A program made the translations under genes and the position numbers. 52,397 nucleotides of DNA. Source: a virus (lineage: Duplodnaviria; Caudoviricetes). The notes below the pieces were generated by a model. That model made no database searches. It was not told the origin of the DNA and was given only the letters and a program-made list of their open reading frames with translations. Where the stretch lies: IMG/VR virus record IMGVR_UViG_3300034375_000774, positions 1 through 52,397 of that record; one strand, given 5' to 3'. Below are positions 43,977 through 52,397 of this stretch, one piece after another. How positions within the stretch are numbered: the first letter of the stretch is position 1; every line of letters starts with the position of its first letter.

Positions 43977-46607
43977 TTATCGTTTATTCAGTGCGTCACG
44001 TAAGTCGAATAGAGAGTCCAGTAGTTTTCCTCTTGATGTTGTTTTAGGTAGTTTACGTGTAGCTTTGATCAAACGTGTTATATCAGCTGGTTTCATAGTA
44101 CCAGAAGATATTTTCTTTTCAAAGTCCTTGAATGTTTTAGATCCTGAACCGTGGGCAGTTTCAATGTTATTCATTAATTCTGGATCAGCAAAGGTAGCAA
44201 GATCACCTACGTTTACTTTACGTGTGTCCTTATCAGGAGACATCAAGCCTGAAGGTCTAGCACTAGTGTCTACTGCAGAGATAGAAGGTACAGTTGCATC
44301 AGGCTCAGTACGAGTATCACCTAGTGGTGCTCTTGTTCTGGTCTGTGCGTCAGGCTCTCTATTACGAGGTGGACGTACATCATCAGTAGTATCACGTAGT
44401 CCTAGATCACGGAAGCCTACAGTACCTACTGCACGAGGATCATACTCAGGCTCTTCACTAGTATAGAAGTTCCAGATGTCATCAAGTTTTTCTACTAAGG
44501 TTTTACCTGAGATAGGGCCACGATATAGTTCGTCTGTAGATGTGTCGATCTCTTGGTTTAACTCTAGTGTCGTCTTGAGGTCTTCAATATCTTTAGGGCT
44601 AGGGGTCTCACCTTTATTGTTTAGCTGCTGCACGACACGTGTTACTTCCCTGTCAACTTTAGCTTCCTCTACTACATCATCTGCTAAAGTGTCTATCACA
44701 ATACGAGGTAGTGGTTGCGGGAAGCTCTTCTCATCTTGCAAGAACTGTCGTGCATCATCACGAATACGTTCTTCCATATCCGCTTTTTCCTGAGTATTGA
44801 CACGGTTCTCATACCAAGCAAGAATCTCTTCTTGAGTATATGATTTAGGAGCTTCTGTAGGCACAGTTGCAGTCAATTTACGCCAAGCATCCATACCTTG
44901 TTCGCCAAGTTTCTCTACATGATCTGGCAGTCTCTGTAATGCAGCGTCTAACTCGTTAGTCTCATCACGGAAGCCTGGAGCACCAGTCATATCACCTAAG
45001 TCTGTAGTTCCAGTAGAACCTCCATAGTATTTAGGGTCTAAGAAGAACAGCGGATCAGCAAACTTTTCTGCTAAGGTAAGGTCTGATCTAACTCCACGGA
45101 AGTTTTTAATGTAGTCCATCACAGACGGTACATCTTCAGACTCAAACTTCTTAAGTTCTTCTTGTAGGTCTTCAGGAAGAGGTTCATTAGCTAGAATACT
45201 ATTAAACATTAGAGCGCCACCATCTTCATTTATGAAGGTGTCAAACTCTGCTTGTAAATCTTCTGGCAGAGACTCTTTAAGAGAAGTAGCTGCTTGTTGT
45301 ACCTCTTGAGTCATAGCAACAGAGACATCATCACGCTTACGGAACCCAGGAGCACCAGACATGTCGCCTAAGTCTGTAGTTTTAGGTGCAGCTTTAGCTT
45401 CAACTGCCTCAGGTAACTTAAGAACGGAGCGAGGTGGGTTATTACCTATCTGCAATGTATCACCTAATTTGACTGTACCACTCTTAAGTAGATCCATTGC
45501 CTCTGCTTCAGTTTCTACTACGTGTGCAGTTACAGTAGGGGGAGTAGTTGTATCTGCTGCTGCAGTAGTAGAACTAGTAGCAGCTAGATCATCACGTTCA
45601 CGGAAACCAGGAGCACCAGACATATCTACTTTATCAGTTTCAGCTACTTCAGCTTCTTTATCAGTTTCAGCTACTTCAGCTACTTTAGCTTCATCTTCTT
45701 GATCTGCAAAATAGTCCGTAAATGCAGACGCAAACATGAGAAGATTAGTATTACCCTCAATATTACGAGGATCTTCATCATAAAGAGCCTTGGCATAATC
45801 GAATATACTAGTATCGTATTTATTTGCATAAGGTCCAATACCAGCAATACCTTGACCTTTAAAAGTTTCTAGCTCTTCTTTCTCTTTTACTATTTCTAAT
45901 CTTCTATCTGCATCTGCTGTTTGCCATTCTGTATCTTTCTTAGCTAACTGCGCATCTACAGAAGACTCGAATTTATCAGTAATCATCAAAGCAATATTAC
46001 GTTGTACCTGGGAAGACAATGGCTTAAGAGGTAAGTCTAAATCAAGAGGTGAACCTGGAGTAGGACCAGCACTGCCCATAATACGATAAACGTCACGGCC
46101 TGTGTAGCCATTGATGTACAGATCATCCATCACCTCGTCTTCCATCATACGAGAGTCAAGACCTAAGATAGAACCAAACAAGCTACGCTCACGCTTAACT
46201 GGGTTGTCAGAGCTTTTATACAGACCATAAGCACGTTTAACTACAGTGTTAAGATCTTCGTCAGGGTTCTCAGCTACATAATCTTTGGCTTTCTTTACGA
46301 GGCTAGACTTTTCATCAGCTGTAAGATCAGTACGTGAATCAATAGTAGCTTTAAGCTGAGCCAGTCCTTGCACACCGCTTGTGTCTACTACATAGCGTAC
46401 ATCGTCTTTAGAGATACCGTTAGTGATTAGGTAGTTAGCTACACCCAGCGCAGCATTAGCTTTACCTTCACGATCAGCTACTGCACGTGTACCGTAAGTT
46501 TGTAGATACTCTTGACGCTTAGCTGCACGGTCACGATAGTACTTACGATCTTCTTCAATTAGCTCTGAGAACTTAGTCCCAAAACCTGCCATAAAACCTG
46601 CTGCCAT
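43977..46607 (-). CDS. Internal virion protein with peptide repeats
   Basis: 876 aa; MAAGFMAGFG start; DM(S/T)GAPGFR x3; AEVAETDK x2. Confidence 0.65.
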   Translation of the reverse strand: MAAGFMAGFGTKFSELIEEDRKYYRDRAAKRQEYLQTYGTRAVADREGKANAALGVANYLITNGISKDDVRYVVDTSGVQGLAQLKATIDSRTDLTADEKSSLVKKAKDYVAENPDEDLNTVVKRAYGLYKSSDNPVKRERSLFGSILGLDSRMMEDEVMDDLYINGYTGRDVYRIMGSAGPTPGSPLDLDLPLKPLSSQVQRNIALMITDKFESSVDAQLAKKDTEWQTADADRRLEIVKEKEELETFKGQGIAGIGPYANKYDTSIFDYAKALYDEDPRNIEGNTNLLMFASAFTDYFADQEDEAKVAEVAETDKEAEVAETDKVDMSGAPGFRERDDLAATSSTTAAADTTTPPTVTAHVVETEAEAMDLLKSGTVKLGDTLQIGNNPPRSVLKLPEAVEAKAAPKTTDLGDMSGAPGFRKRDDVSVAMTQEVQQAATSLKESLPEDLQAEFDTFINEDGGALMFNSILANEPLPEDLQEELKKFESEDVPSVMDYIKNFRGVRSDLTLAEKFADPLFFLDPKYYGGSTGTTDLGDMTGAPGFRDETNELDAALQRLPDHVEKLGEQGMDAWRKLTATVPTEAPKSYTQEEILAWYENRVNTQEKADMEERIRDDARQFLQDEKSFPQPLPRIVIDTLADDVVEEAKVDREVTRVVQQLNNKGETPSPKDIEDLKTTLELNQEIDTSTDELYRGPISGKTLVEKLDDIWNFYTSEEPEYDPRAVGTVGFRDLGLRDTTDDVRPPRNREPDAQTRTRAPLGDTRTEPDATVPSISAVDTSARPSGLMSPDKDTRKVNVGDLATFADPELMNNIETAHGSGSKTFKDFEKKISSGTMKPADITRLIKATRKLPKTTSRGKLLDSLFDLRDALNKR

Positions 46608-46611
46608 GCTA

Positions 46612-47181
46612 CTAACCTCTCGCCATTAAGCCACGTTGTTGCATCTGTGGCATCTCTTGTTCTGCTTCTACATCCATCATCTCTGGCGCTGGGCCTTCAA
46701 TAGGTTCTTCCTCACTATTAGCCATCATATCAGCAGTCTGACGCATAAGCTCAGTGCCTGCGTCTTCCTCTTTGATGTCTCTTAGTTTACGGCGTAGTAG
46801 AGCTACAGTCTCTTGCTCTTCTTTAAGCTCTACTTCAGCTTGGTCAGGCTCATCACCCATCTTGTAGTCGATACCTGCTTCTTCAGCAATACTGATAAGC
46901 TCTTCGTTGATAACATTACCAATGATAAGGCTTACATCTATAGAGTGAATACCTTCCATCTGTGCTGTAGTAAGTGCAGTCTGTGTAATAGCGTTAACAG
47001 GTACACCTAGCTGTAACATCTCTACGATATTATCTAGTGCCTCAGGCTCAGTTAAACCATCTAAGTGAAACTTAATAGCTTCACGAGGGTCAACAATCTC
47101 AGGAGGTCTTTCCCAAGGGTAGTTCTTTGGTGAGTCTGTAAGCGACTGCCCAGGGATAGGAGCGTTAAGTAGATCTGCCAT
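46612..47181 (-). CDS. Putative internal virion protein
   Basis: PIPGQSLT..P..YPWERPP motif; ends RGLMARG. Confidence 0.7.
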   Translation of the reverse strand: MADLLNAPIPGQSLTDSPKNYPWERPPEIVDPREAIKFHLDGLTEPEALDNIVEMLQLGVPVNAITQTALTTAQMEGIHSIDVSLIIGNVINEELISIAEEAGIDYKMGDEPDQAEVELKEEQETVALLRRKLRDIKEEDAGTELMRQTADMMANSEEEPIEGPAPEMMDVEAEQEMPQMQQRGLMARG

Positions 47182-47198
47182 TGGTACTCTCTTTGTTA

Positions 47199-48068
47199 TT
47201 ATTGATAGTAGCTCTTAAGGCTACCTAGTGTGATTGGTCCTGTCTTATTGTTGCTACGCCAGTTAGGGTTTGCAGCCCATGCATCATCTGATTGTGTATA
47301 TACGACAGTAGAGTCAGGCTTACCTTTAAGACGTTTAGCTAAGCTTGGTGCGGCTTGCATTAGAGCTAGAGGTACGCTACCATCATAGTCCCAGCGCTCT
47401 AGGTACTTATCGTAAGCTTCTACCTGTTGAGTAGGTGTCATGTTAGTTATGTTAGCGTAGTCAATACCAGCTTCAGTTGCAGGGTCTTCACCAAACTGGA
47501 ACAAACCTTTGTAGCCTAAGCTGTTAGTAGTATTCCAAGACCAGTCTTTGTTTTCACCATTAATAACAGCGTAGATCTCGTTAACTGTAATGCCGTACTT
47601 GTCAGCTAGCTTTCTTACTGCAGGTACAAACCCAGGGTCATTAGCTTCCTTAGCCATAGCTTCAGCGTTCTTAGTGAACTTAGATGTATAATCAGCTTCT
47701 GTCTCATCAGCATCTGTAGGATAACTAAACGTAGCATCAGCTGAGTCAATCATACGATCTGCTTGAGTTTGTACAGCCTCTTCAGTTGCAGCTAAGTCAT
47801 CCTCTGCAGTAATCTGTACGTTCTCTTCAAAGAAGTCAGGCGTACTGGAGCTAGCTGGCTTACGCTCTTCTCTGATAGTTCTAATCATATCACCTAGATA
47901 CGTAGGAAGCAGATCTACTGGGTCTGTAGGAATAGGAGCAGAAGCAGCTTTCTCTACTGCTTGAGCCATAAGACCTTTAGTTCTAATGTTAGTACTGCTA
48001 GCTGTAGGTACTGAGGTAGCTTTACCTACAATCACATCAGCTAGGCTCATCTCTTGTTCTGCCGCCAT
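47199..48068 (-). CDS. Virion-associated lytic transglycosylase-like protein
   Basis: LADKYGI...YAVINGEN...GLFQF...MTPTQQV...KYL, an SLT-like pattern. Confidence 0.7.
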   Translation of the reverse strand: MAAEQEMSLADVIVGKATSVPTASSTNIRTKGLMAQAVEKAASAPIPTDPVDLLPTYLGDMIRTIREERKPASSSTPDFFEENVQITAEDDLAATEEAVQTQADRMIDSADATFSYPTDADETEADYTSKFTKNAEAMAKEANDPGFVPAVRKLADKYGITVNEIYAVINGENKDWSWNTTNSLGYKGLFQFGEDPATEAGIDYANITNMTPTQQVEAYDKYLERWDYDGSVPLALMQAAPSLAKRLKGKPDSTVVYTQSDDAWAANPNWRSNNKTGPITLGSLKSYYQ

Positions 48069-48090
48069 TAGTTATACCTTTAGGTGTTTA

Positions 48091-50022
48091 TTAAAAGAAG
48101 TTAAAACCAGTTTTAGATCCGAGAGCCTTAGATGCTAGGTAATTAAGGCCACCCTTAAGAAGTGTAGCTGTCAATGAACCTTTACCCATCTCATCAGCTA
48201 AGTTAGCTTGGCTCTCTGATGACATCTTTTGTAATAGCGTAGATGACATACGGTCTGCAGCATTCTCAGCTGACGTAAACGCAAAGCTCATAATGTCACG
48301 CTCACGTTGCCAGTACGCATCTAAGTTAGTAGCTGTAAAGGCATTAAGAGTTTTAGCTGCAAGCATGTTACTCTCGTTAGCTGCAGCTGTGTTTAGTGTA
48401 GCTAAGTTCTGTCGCCACTGAGCATTAGCTTGTGCTACAACTAGACCATTCTGTGCGTTAAACAAGTCACGCTGCTGTTGTAGATCTGCATTGAACTCAC
48501 GCAAGGCGTTAATGCTATTCACGTTAAACTGTGCCATAGCGTTCTGCTGAGTAGAGTTGAACTGTGATACTTGAGAACCCAGGTTAGCAAAGAACTGATC
48601 AGTCTGATTCTCACTTGTAGCGTTAAACTGTGCAGCTGCATTCTGTGCTGCTTGATCAGTAAACAATGCTTGGATATTCTGTTGTGCCTTAAACATAGCA
48701 GTCTGCTGTGCGTTAGACAAGTTAGCCATATCCATCTGCAAGAAGTTCTGAGCGTTCTGTACTGCAGTCTGCTGACGGTTGTTTAAGTTAGCCATGTCTA
48801 GCTGAGATAGTGCAGCTGCCTCAGCCATAACCATTGCTTGACGATTAGATAGATTGTTTAGATTTACTGTGTTAGCTGCACGAGCATTCTCTAAAGCTAC
48901 CTGCTGTTCAGCTGTGAAGTTCATATTAGCTATATCACCAATACGTGCTGAGTTAGCTACACGTGCTTGGAACGCTTGGTCAAACTCCATGCCCATAAAT
49001 GTAGCACGTTGTTGTGCAGCAAGCATAGCACGTTGCTGACGGTTTGTCAAGTTCTGTGACTCAAACTGAGCCATAATAGATGCATCAGCTTGTGCGATAG
49101 GTAGTGCAGCTTCCATTGCTGCTTGTACTACAGCTTGACCAGCAAGACTAGAAGCACCTAAACCACGTGCAGCTAGTGTTTGCATTGCTGTACGCATAGA
49201 CCCAGCAGCCCATGCAGGTGTTTCACCGCCCTCAAAGTCAGCCATAAGTTTATCTAGTTGACCTGCTACAGTAGCTTGCTTAGTAGGTGTAGCTTGTGCA
49301 GCTTCAATTTGTTCAGTGAACTGTGCAGCTTTCTCAGCATCAGCCTCACCAGAGATAAGCTCACCCTGTTGTATCTCACGTTGAACAGGGTTGTTCATCA
49401 TAATAGCTGTACCTTGAGCAGCTTCCATACCACTCACAGAGGTAGTAGCTTGCTGTGCAGCCTGTGCTTGTGCTTGCTGTGACACTTGACCTTGTGCAGC
49501 TTGAGTAGCGGCTGTTTCAGCTTGTACAGCATCTGCCACAGTAGTTGGAGCCACAGTAGCTGCCTGTGTAGGTGTAGGCGTAGCAGCTGTAGCAACAGTA
49601 GGTACAACAGAAGCAGGTGCTTGGGGTGCCATATATCCAGCTTGACCAGCTGTAGGAGAAACCATTTGTCCTGCTTCAGGTTGAATCATAGCTACGTCAG
49701 ATTGGTATGGCTGCATAGTTTGACCAATTAGGTCTTGTGTTTGTTGACCTAGCTGTTGTGTGAAAGCTAAGCCAGTTGTATCTGTAGGAGTATTAATGGG
49801 GGTAGGTGCAGCTACACCGCCAACAGCATAACCTTTTTGTTGTACCATACCCCCACGATATAGAGCAACTCCTACGGCACGTGCTTTGGCTTTCAGAGCA
49901 TCACTACTATTAAAGAAAGCCTTAAGAGGCGTACTAGACTTAGGGCCATTGTAGCCATTCATCTTAGCAATGGTGTATAAAGCCTCTGTTTGCTTACCTG
50001 TTTGAGTCATCTCTTCAGCCAT
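48091..50022 (-). CDS. Gln/Asn/Ala-rich ejection (pilot-like) protein
   Basis: 643 aa with N.SN.QQ-type helical repeats. Confidence 0.65.
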   Translation of the reverse strand: MAEEMTQTGKQTEALYTIAKMNGYNGPKSSTPLKAFFNSSDALKAKARAVGVALYRGGMVQQKGYAVGGVAAPTPINTPTDTTGLAFTQQLGQQTQDLIGQTMQPYQSDVAMIQPEAGQMVSPTAGQAGYMAPQAPASVVPTVATAATPTPTQAATVAPTTVADAVQAETAATQAAQGQVSQQAQAQAAQQATTSVSGMEAAQGTAIMMNNPVQREIQQGELISGEADAEKAAQFTEQIEAAQATPTKQATVAGQLDKLMADFEGGETPAWAAGSMRTAMQTLAARGLGASSLAGQAVVQAAMEAALPIAQADASIMAQFESQNLTNRQQRAMLAAQQRATFMGMEFDQAFQARVANSARIGDIANMNFTAEQQVALENARAANTVNLNNLSNRQAMVMAEAAALSQLDMANLNNRQQTAVQNAQNFLQMDMANLSNAQQTAMFKAQQNIQALFTDQAAQNAAAQFNATSENQTDQFFANLGSQVSQFNSTQQNAMAQFNVNSINALREFNADLQQQRDLFNAQNGLVVAQANAQWRQNLATLNTAAANESNMLAAKTLNAFTATNLDAYWQRERDIMSFAFTSAENAADRMSSTLLQKMSSESQANLADEMGKGSLTATLLKGGLNYLASKALGSKTGFNFF

Positions 50023-50056
50023 TACACTGTACCTTATTAGTTATATTATTATAAAC

Positions 50057-50287
50057 TTAAGCTGCCGCTTCTGCTTCTTCTTCTTCGGTAACTTCTACAG
50101 ACTTAGCAAGCATATTTACAAATGCATCACGACCAATGCTTAGCTGATCTAAGTTAAAACGTGCACTAGACAGTTTACGATCTAGGTCATTAATGTGATT
50201 CAACATAGTCTGTTGGTCTTGTGTTAAGTCTTCAACGAAGTATTCTTTGTCGTTGATAGTAATAGGTGTCTTTTCATTTTTACCCAT
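50057..50287 (-). CDS. Small tail-fibre-associated protein
   Basis: ITINDKEY.VEDL plus coiled coil; AAGGAG RBS. Confidence 0.7.
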   Translation of the reverse strand: MGKNEKTPITINDKEYFVEDLTQDQQTMLNHINDLDRKLSSARFNLDQLSIGRDAFVNMLAKSVEVTEEEEAEAAA

Positions 50288-50339
50288 AACTTTCTCCTTT
50301 GTTTGTTATTGAGATTAGCACCAGAATTAGTGCTATATA

Positions 50340-50367
50340 ATTATAGCTAATTTAGCTAAAATGTCAA
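50340..50367 (-). promoter_or_regulatory. Sigma70-like promoter
   Basis: TTGACA-N16-TATAAT. Confidence 0.7.
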
Positions 50368-50589
50368 CTATGAATTAGCTGCAATAGCTGCATTAACCGC
50401 TGTCATATCTTCTGTAGTCCAGAAGTCTTTAGCAACCATTAGCTGTAGATGCTCTACGTTGCGTGACACAGTGTCAGCCCATTCAGCATCTTCCATGCCC
50501 TCTGGTTGTCCAGCGTTTAGCAAGTCAACAGAGTGACCCATTGCTGTGTAGTGTTGTGCGATTTCTTCCGCAGTTGGTGTATCAGTCAT
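50368..50589 (-). CDS. Small tail-fibre-associated protein
   Basis: AAGGA RBS; RNVEHL...KDFWTTEDMT motif. Confidence 0.7.
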   Translation of the reverse strand: MTDTPTAEEIAQHYTAMGHSVDLLNAGQPEGMEDAEWADTVSRNVEHLQLMVAKDFWTTEDMTAVNAAIAANS

Positions 50590-50613
50590 GTCTTTATCCT
50601 TTTCTGACTAATG

Positions 50614-52397
50614 TTAAGCGTTTTCTAGGGCAGTGATCCGTGCCTCTAGTTCTTTGATTGTAGCGACCAAGAGTGGCACTAGCTTGCTTTGGTCAATGCC
50701 TTGGTAAACAGGGTTGCCATCATCATCGACCTCGTTGTGTGTGCCTGTGATTGCTTCTGGTACGACTGATTGAACCTCGTGAGCAATAAAGCCATCAACA
50801 GTTGTGTCTGCGTCTGCAATAAAGTTGAACCGCTTAGGCTCTAGTTGCTTGAGGCGATCTGTTGCATTAGTTAGTTCAACTACGTTTTCTTTTAGGCGGT
50901 AGTCTGAAGAAGTGTTGTAAGCTACACTTGAAGTTCCGCTAGTGATGTTCCCTATATTTGTACTGTTGTACCAAAAGGCAAACATTGTTCCTGTTGCATT
51001 GTTTTTTCGTGCAAAGAAGTTATTGCCTGTAAGAGAACTTGTTACACCTAAAGTTTCACCACCGTTTTCTACCTGAGTGCCGTCAAGCGTCCAACTTACT
51101 GAGGTTTTGCCCAATAGGAAGTTGCCGTTACCGTCAATATGCAGCCTAGGATTACCATCCCCATCCGACAGCACGATGTTGTTGCTTGAGGTGCGGATGT
51201 CCAAGCCGCCTTGGTTGCCGTTGTAGCGGCCTAAGATGGTGTTGTTAGTACCAGTAGTAATAAATGTTCCAGATTGTTGACCTACAAAGGTATTATTTGA
51301 TCCTGTTGTTGAACGCCCAGAGTACTCACCGACAAAAGTGCTAAGATTGCCTGTAGTGTAACTAAGCCCTGCGTCCTTGCCTACAAATACATTATATGCG
51401 CCTGTAGTATTACTATACCCTGCCTGATACCCAATGGCTGTGTTGTCTCTGGCGGTGGTGTTGTTGTAGAGAGCCATAAAGCCAACCCCAACATTATAAC
51501 TACCTGTCGTATTAGAGTAGAAACTATCCTGCCCCAAACCAGTGTTTTGTGCGCCTGTAGTGTTTTGGTATAGAGAACGGTATCCTACCCCAGTGTTGTT
51601 GCTGGCGGTATTAGAGTAAAGCGCAAGACGACCGATCCCAACGTTAGCAGAGCCAGCACCACCAGCCCGCATCGCAGAAGAACCGATAGCGGTGTTTTCA
51701 TTTCCTAACCCAGCTAAACCTGCGTACGTTCCAATTACAGTGTTGTGTACTGATGCCGTGGAAACTTTTAGTGCTTCGGCACCTATGGCAATATTTTCGT
51801 AACCAGTCGTGTTAGCTGAAAATGCTTGATAACCAATGGCAATATTTTGGTTCCCAGTCGTGTTCGCATATCCAGCCTGATACCCCAACCCCACAATCTG
51901 TGTACCAGTAGTATTACTGTAAAGAGACCGAAATCCTACTGCCGTGTTGTTGCTTGCAGTAGTGTTGTTGCTTAGTGCCTCCATACCCAAAGCTACGTTG
52001 TAACTGCCCGAAGTATTTGAGAAGAAAGCAAGGCCACCAAGTGCTAAGTTTTGTTCTCCAGTGGTAGTACTATACGCAGCCTGTCGGCCCATAACCGTAT
52101 TGTAATTGGCTGTGCTATTGTAGAGAGCAGCAGACCCAACCACTGTATTGTAATTAGCCCCTGTCGCAGATGCTAATGCATCCGTTCCCAAAGCTGTGTT
52201 ATTAGAACCGCTATTTATTGATGGTGCAGCACCATACCCCACCGCTGTGTTTGACCCCCCAGTTGTCATTGCAGTCAAAGCATTGGTTCCGATGGCGACA
52301 GAATAGCCATTAGCGCCGCTTGCAGTATCAAGCGCAGCATTACCTAATGCTACGTTATTAACACCGTTTGGATAGTTCCCATCCAGCTTGATCGTGC
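50614..52397 (-). CDS. Tail fibre/spike C-terminal part with peptidase S74 intramolecular chaperone (5' truncated)
   Basis: Frame is open to the window end; many NT(T)G..N.A.G repeats; SDYRLKEN...GFIAHEV...KLVPLLV..IKEL. Confidence 0.9.
   Translation of the reverse strand, partial: TIKLDGNYPNGVNNVALGNAALDTASGANGYSVAIGTNALTAMTTGGSNTAVGYGAAPSINSGSNNTALGTDALASATGANYNTVVGSAALYNSTANYNTVMGRQAAYSTTTGEQNLALGGLAFFSNTSGSYNVALGMEALSNNTTASNNTAVGFRSLYSNTTGTQIVGLGYQAGYANTTGNQNIAIGYQAFSANTTGYENIAIGAEALKVSTASVHNTVIGTYAGLAGLGNENTAIGSSAMRAGGAGSANVGIGRLALYSNTASNNTGVGYRSLYQNTTGAQNTGLGQDSFYSNTTGSYNVGVGFMALYNNTTARDNTAIGYQAGYSNTTGAYNVFVGKDAGLSYTTGNLSTFVGEYSGRSTTGSNNTFVGQQSGTFITTGTNNTILGRYNGNQGGLDIRTSSNNIVLSDGDGNPRLHIDGNGNFLLGKTSVSWTLDGTQVENGGETLGVTSSLTGNNFFARKNNATGTMFAFWYNSTNIGNITSGTSSVAYNTSSDYRLKENVVELTNATDRLKQLEPKRFNFIADADTTVDGFIAHEVQSVVPEAITGTHNEVDDDGNPVYQGIDQSKLVPLLVATIKELEARITALENA

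Larger units (their letters stand above)
1..52397. mobile_element. HMO-2011-type podovirus genome, near complete and circularly permuted
   Basis: Full head, tail, packaging, lysis and replication gene set in two opposing arms; DNA pol A with DnaJ-type Zn finger; integrase next to primase; no host genes seen. Confidence 0.88.

Noticed and set aside
50614-52397. Diversity-generating retroelement acting on the fibre
   Set aside because: No reverse transcriptase and no template/variable repeat pair seen
1-52397. tRNA genes, introns or inteins in pol, RNR, helicase or terminase
   Set aside because: No cloverleaf recognised; these genes are uninterrupted and of normal length

Overview
The window is almost the whole genome of a marine podovirus of the HMO-2011 type, most likely infecting an alphaproteobacterium (Roseobacter- or SAR116-like host, inferred). 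The assignment rests on a family A DNA polymerase carrying a DnaJ-type CxxCxGxG zinc-finger insertion, a tyrosine integrase directly upstream of the primase, ThyX, MazG, class II RNR, and no phage RNA polymerase. The contig is circularly permuted and breaks inside a tail-fibre region. The minus-strand arm (1-19.8 kb and 40.5-52.4 kb) encodes packaging, head, tail, ejection and lysis genes. The plus-strand arm (20.4-40.4 kb) encodes early, replication and nucleotide-metabolism genes. The arms diverge at a motif-dense control region (18.75-20.45 kb) and converge at a terminator near 40.44 kb. The most notable unexplained signals are: (1) eight copies of a 23-bp palindrome TATCTTCGGACNGTCCGAAGATA, seven in the early region, next to an unannotated 52-aa HTH gene and a DUF3102-like first gene; (2) a 33-bp inverted repeat pair at 18301 and 21351; (3) three TGATTCG (GANTC, GcrA-type) sites at the first early promoter; (4) an AGTTWAACT palindrome array; (5) a hydrophobic-x-x-GG peptide motif shared by six late proteins; (6) an HhH-GPD glycosylase-like early gene and an Acb2/Tad1-like gene. 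No tRNA, rRNA or CRISPR array was recognised. All family calls come from motif recognition by eye, not database searches.
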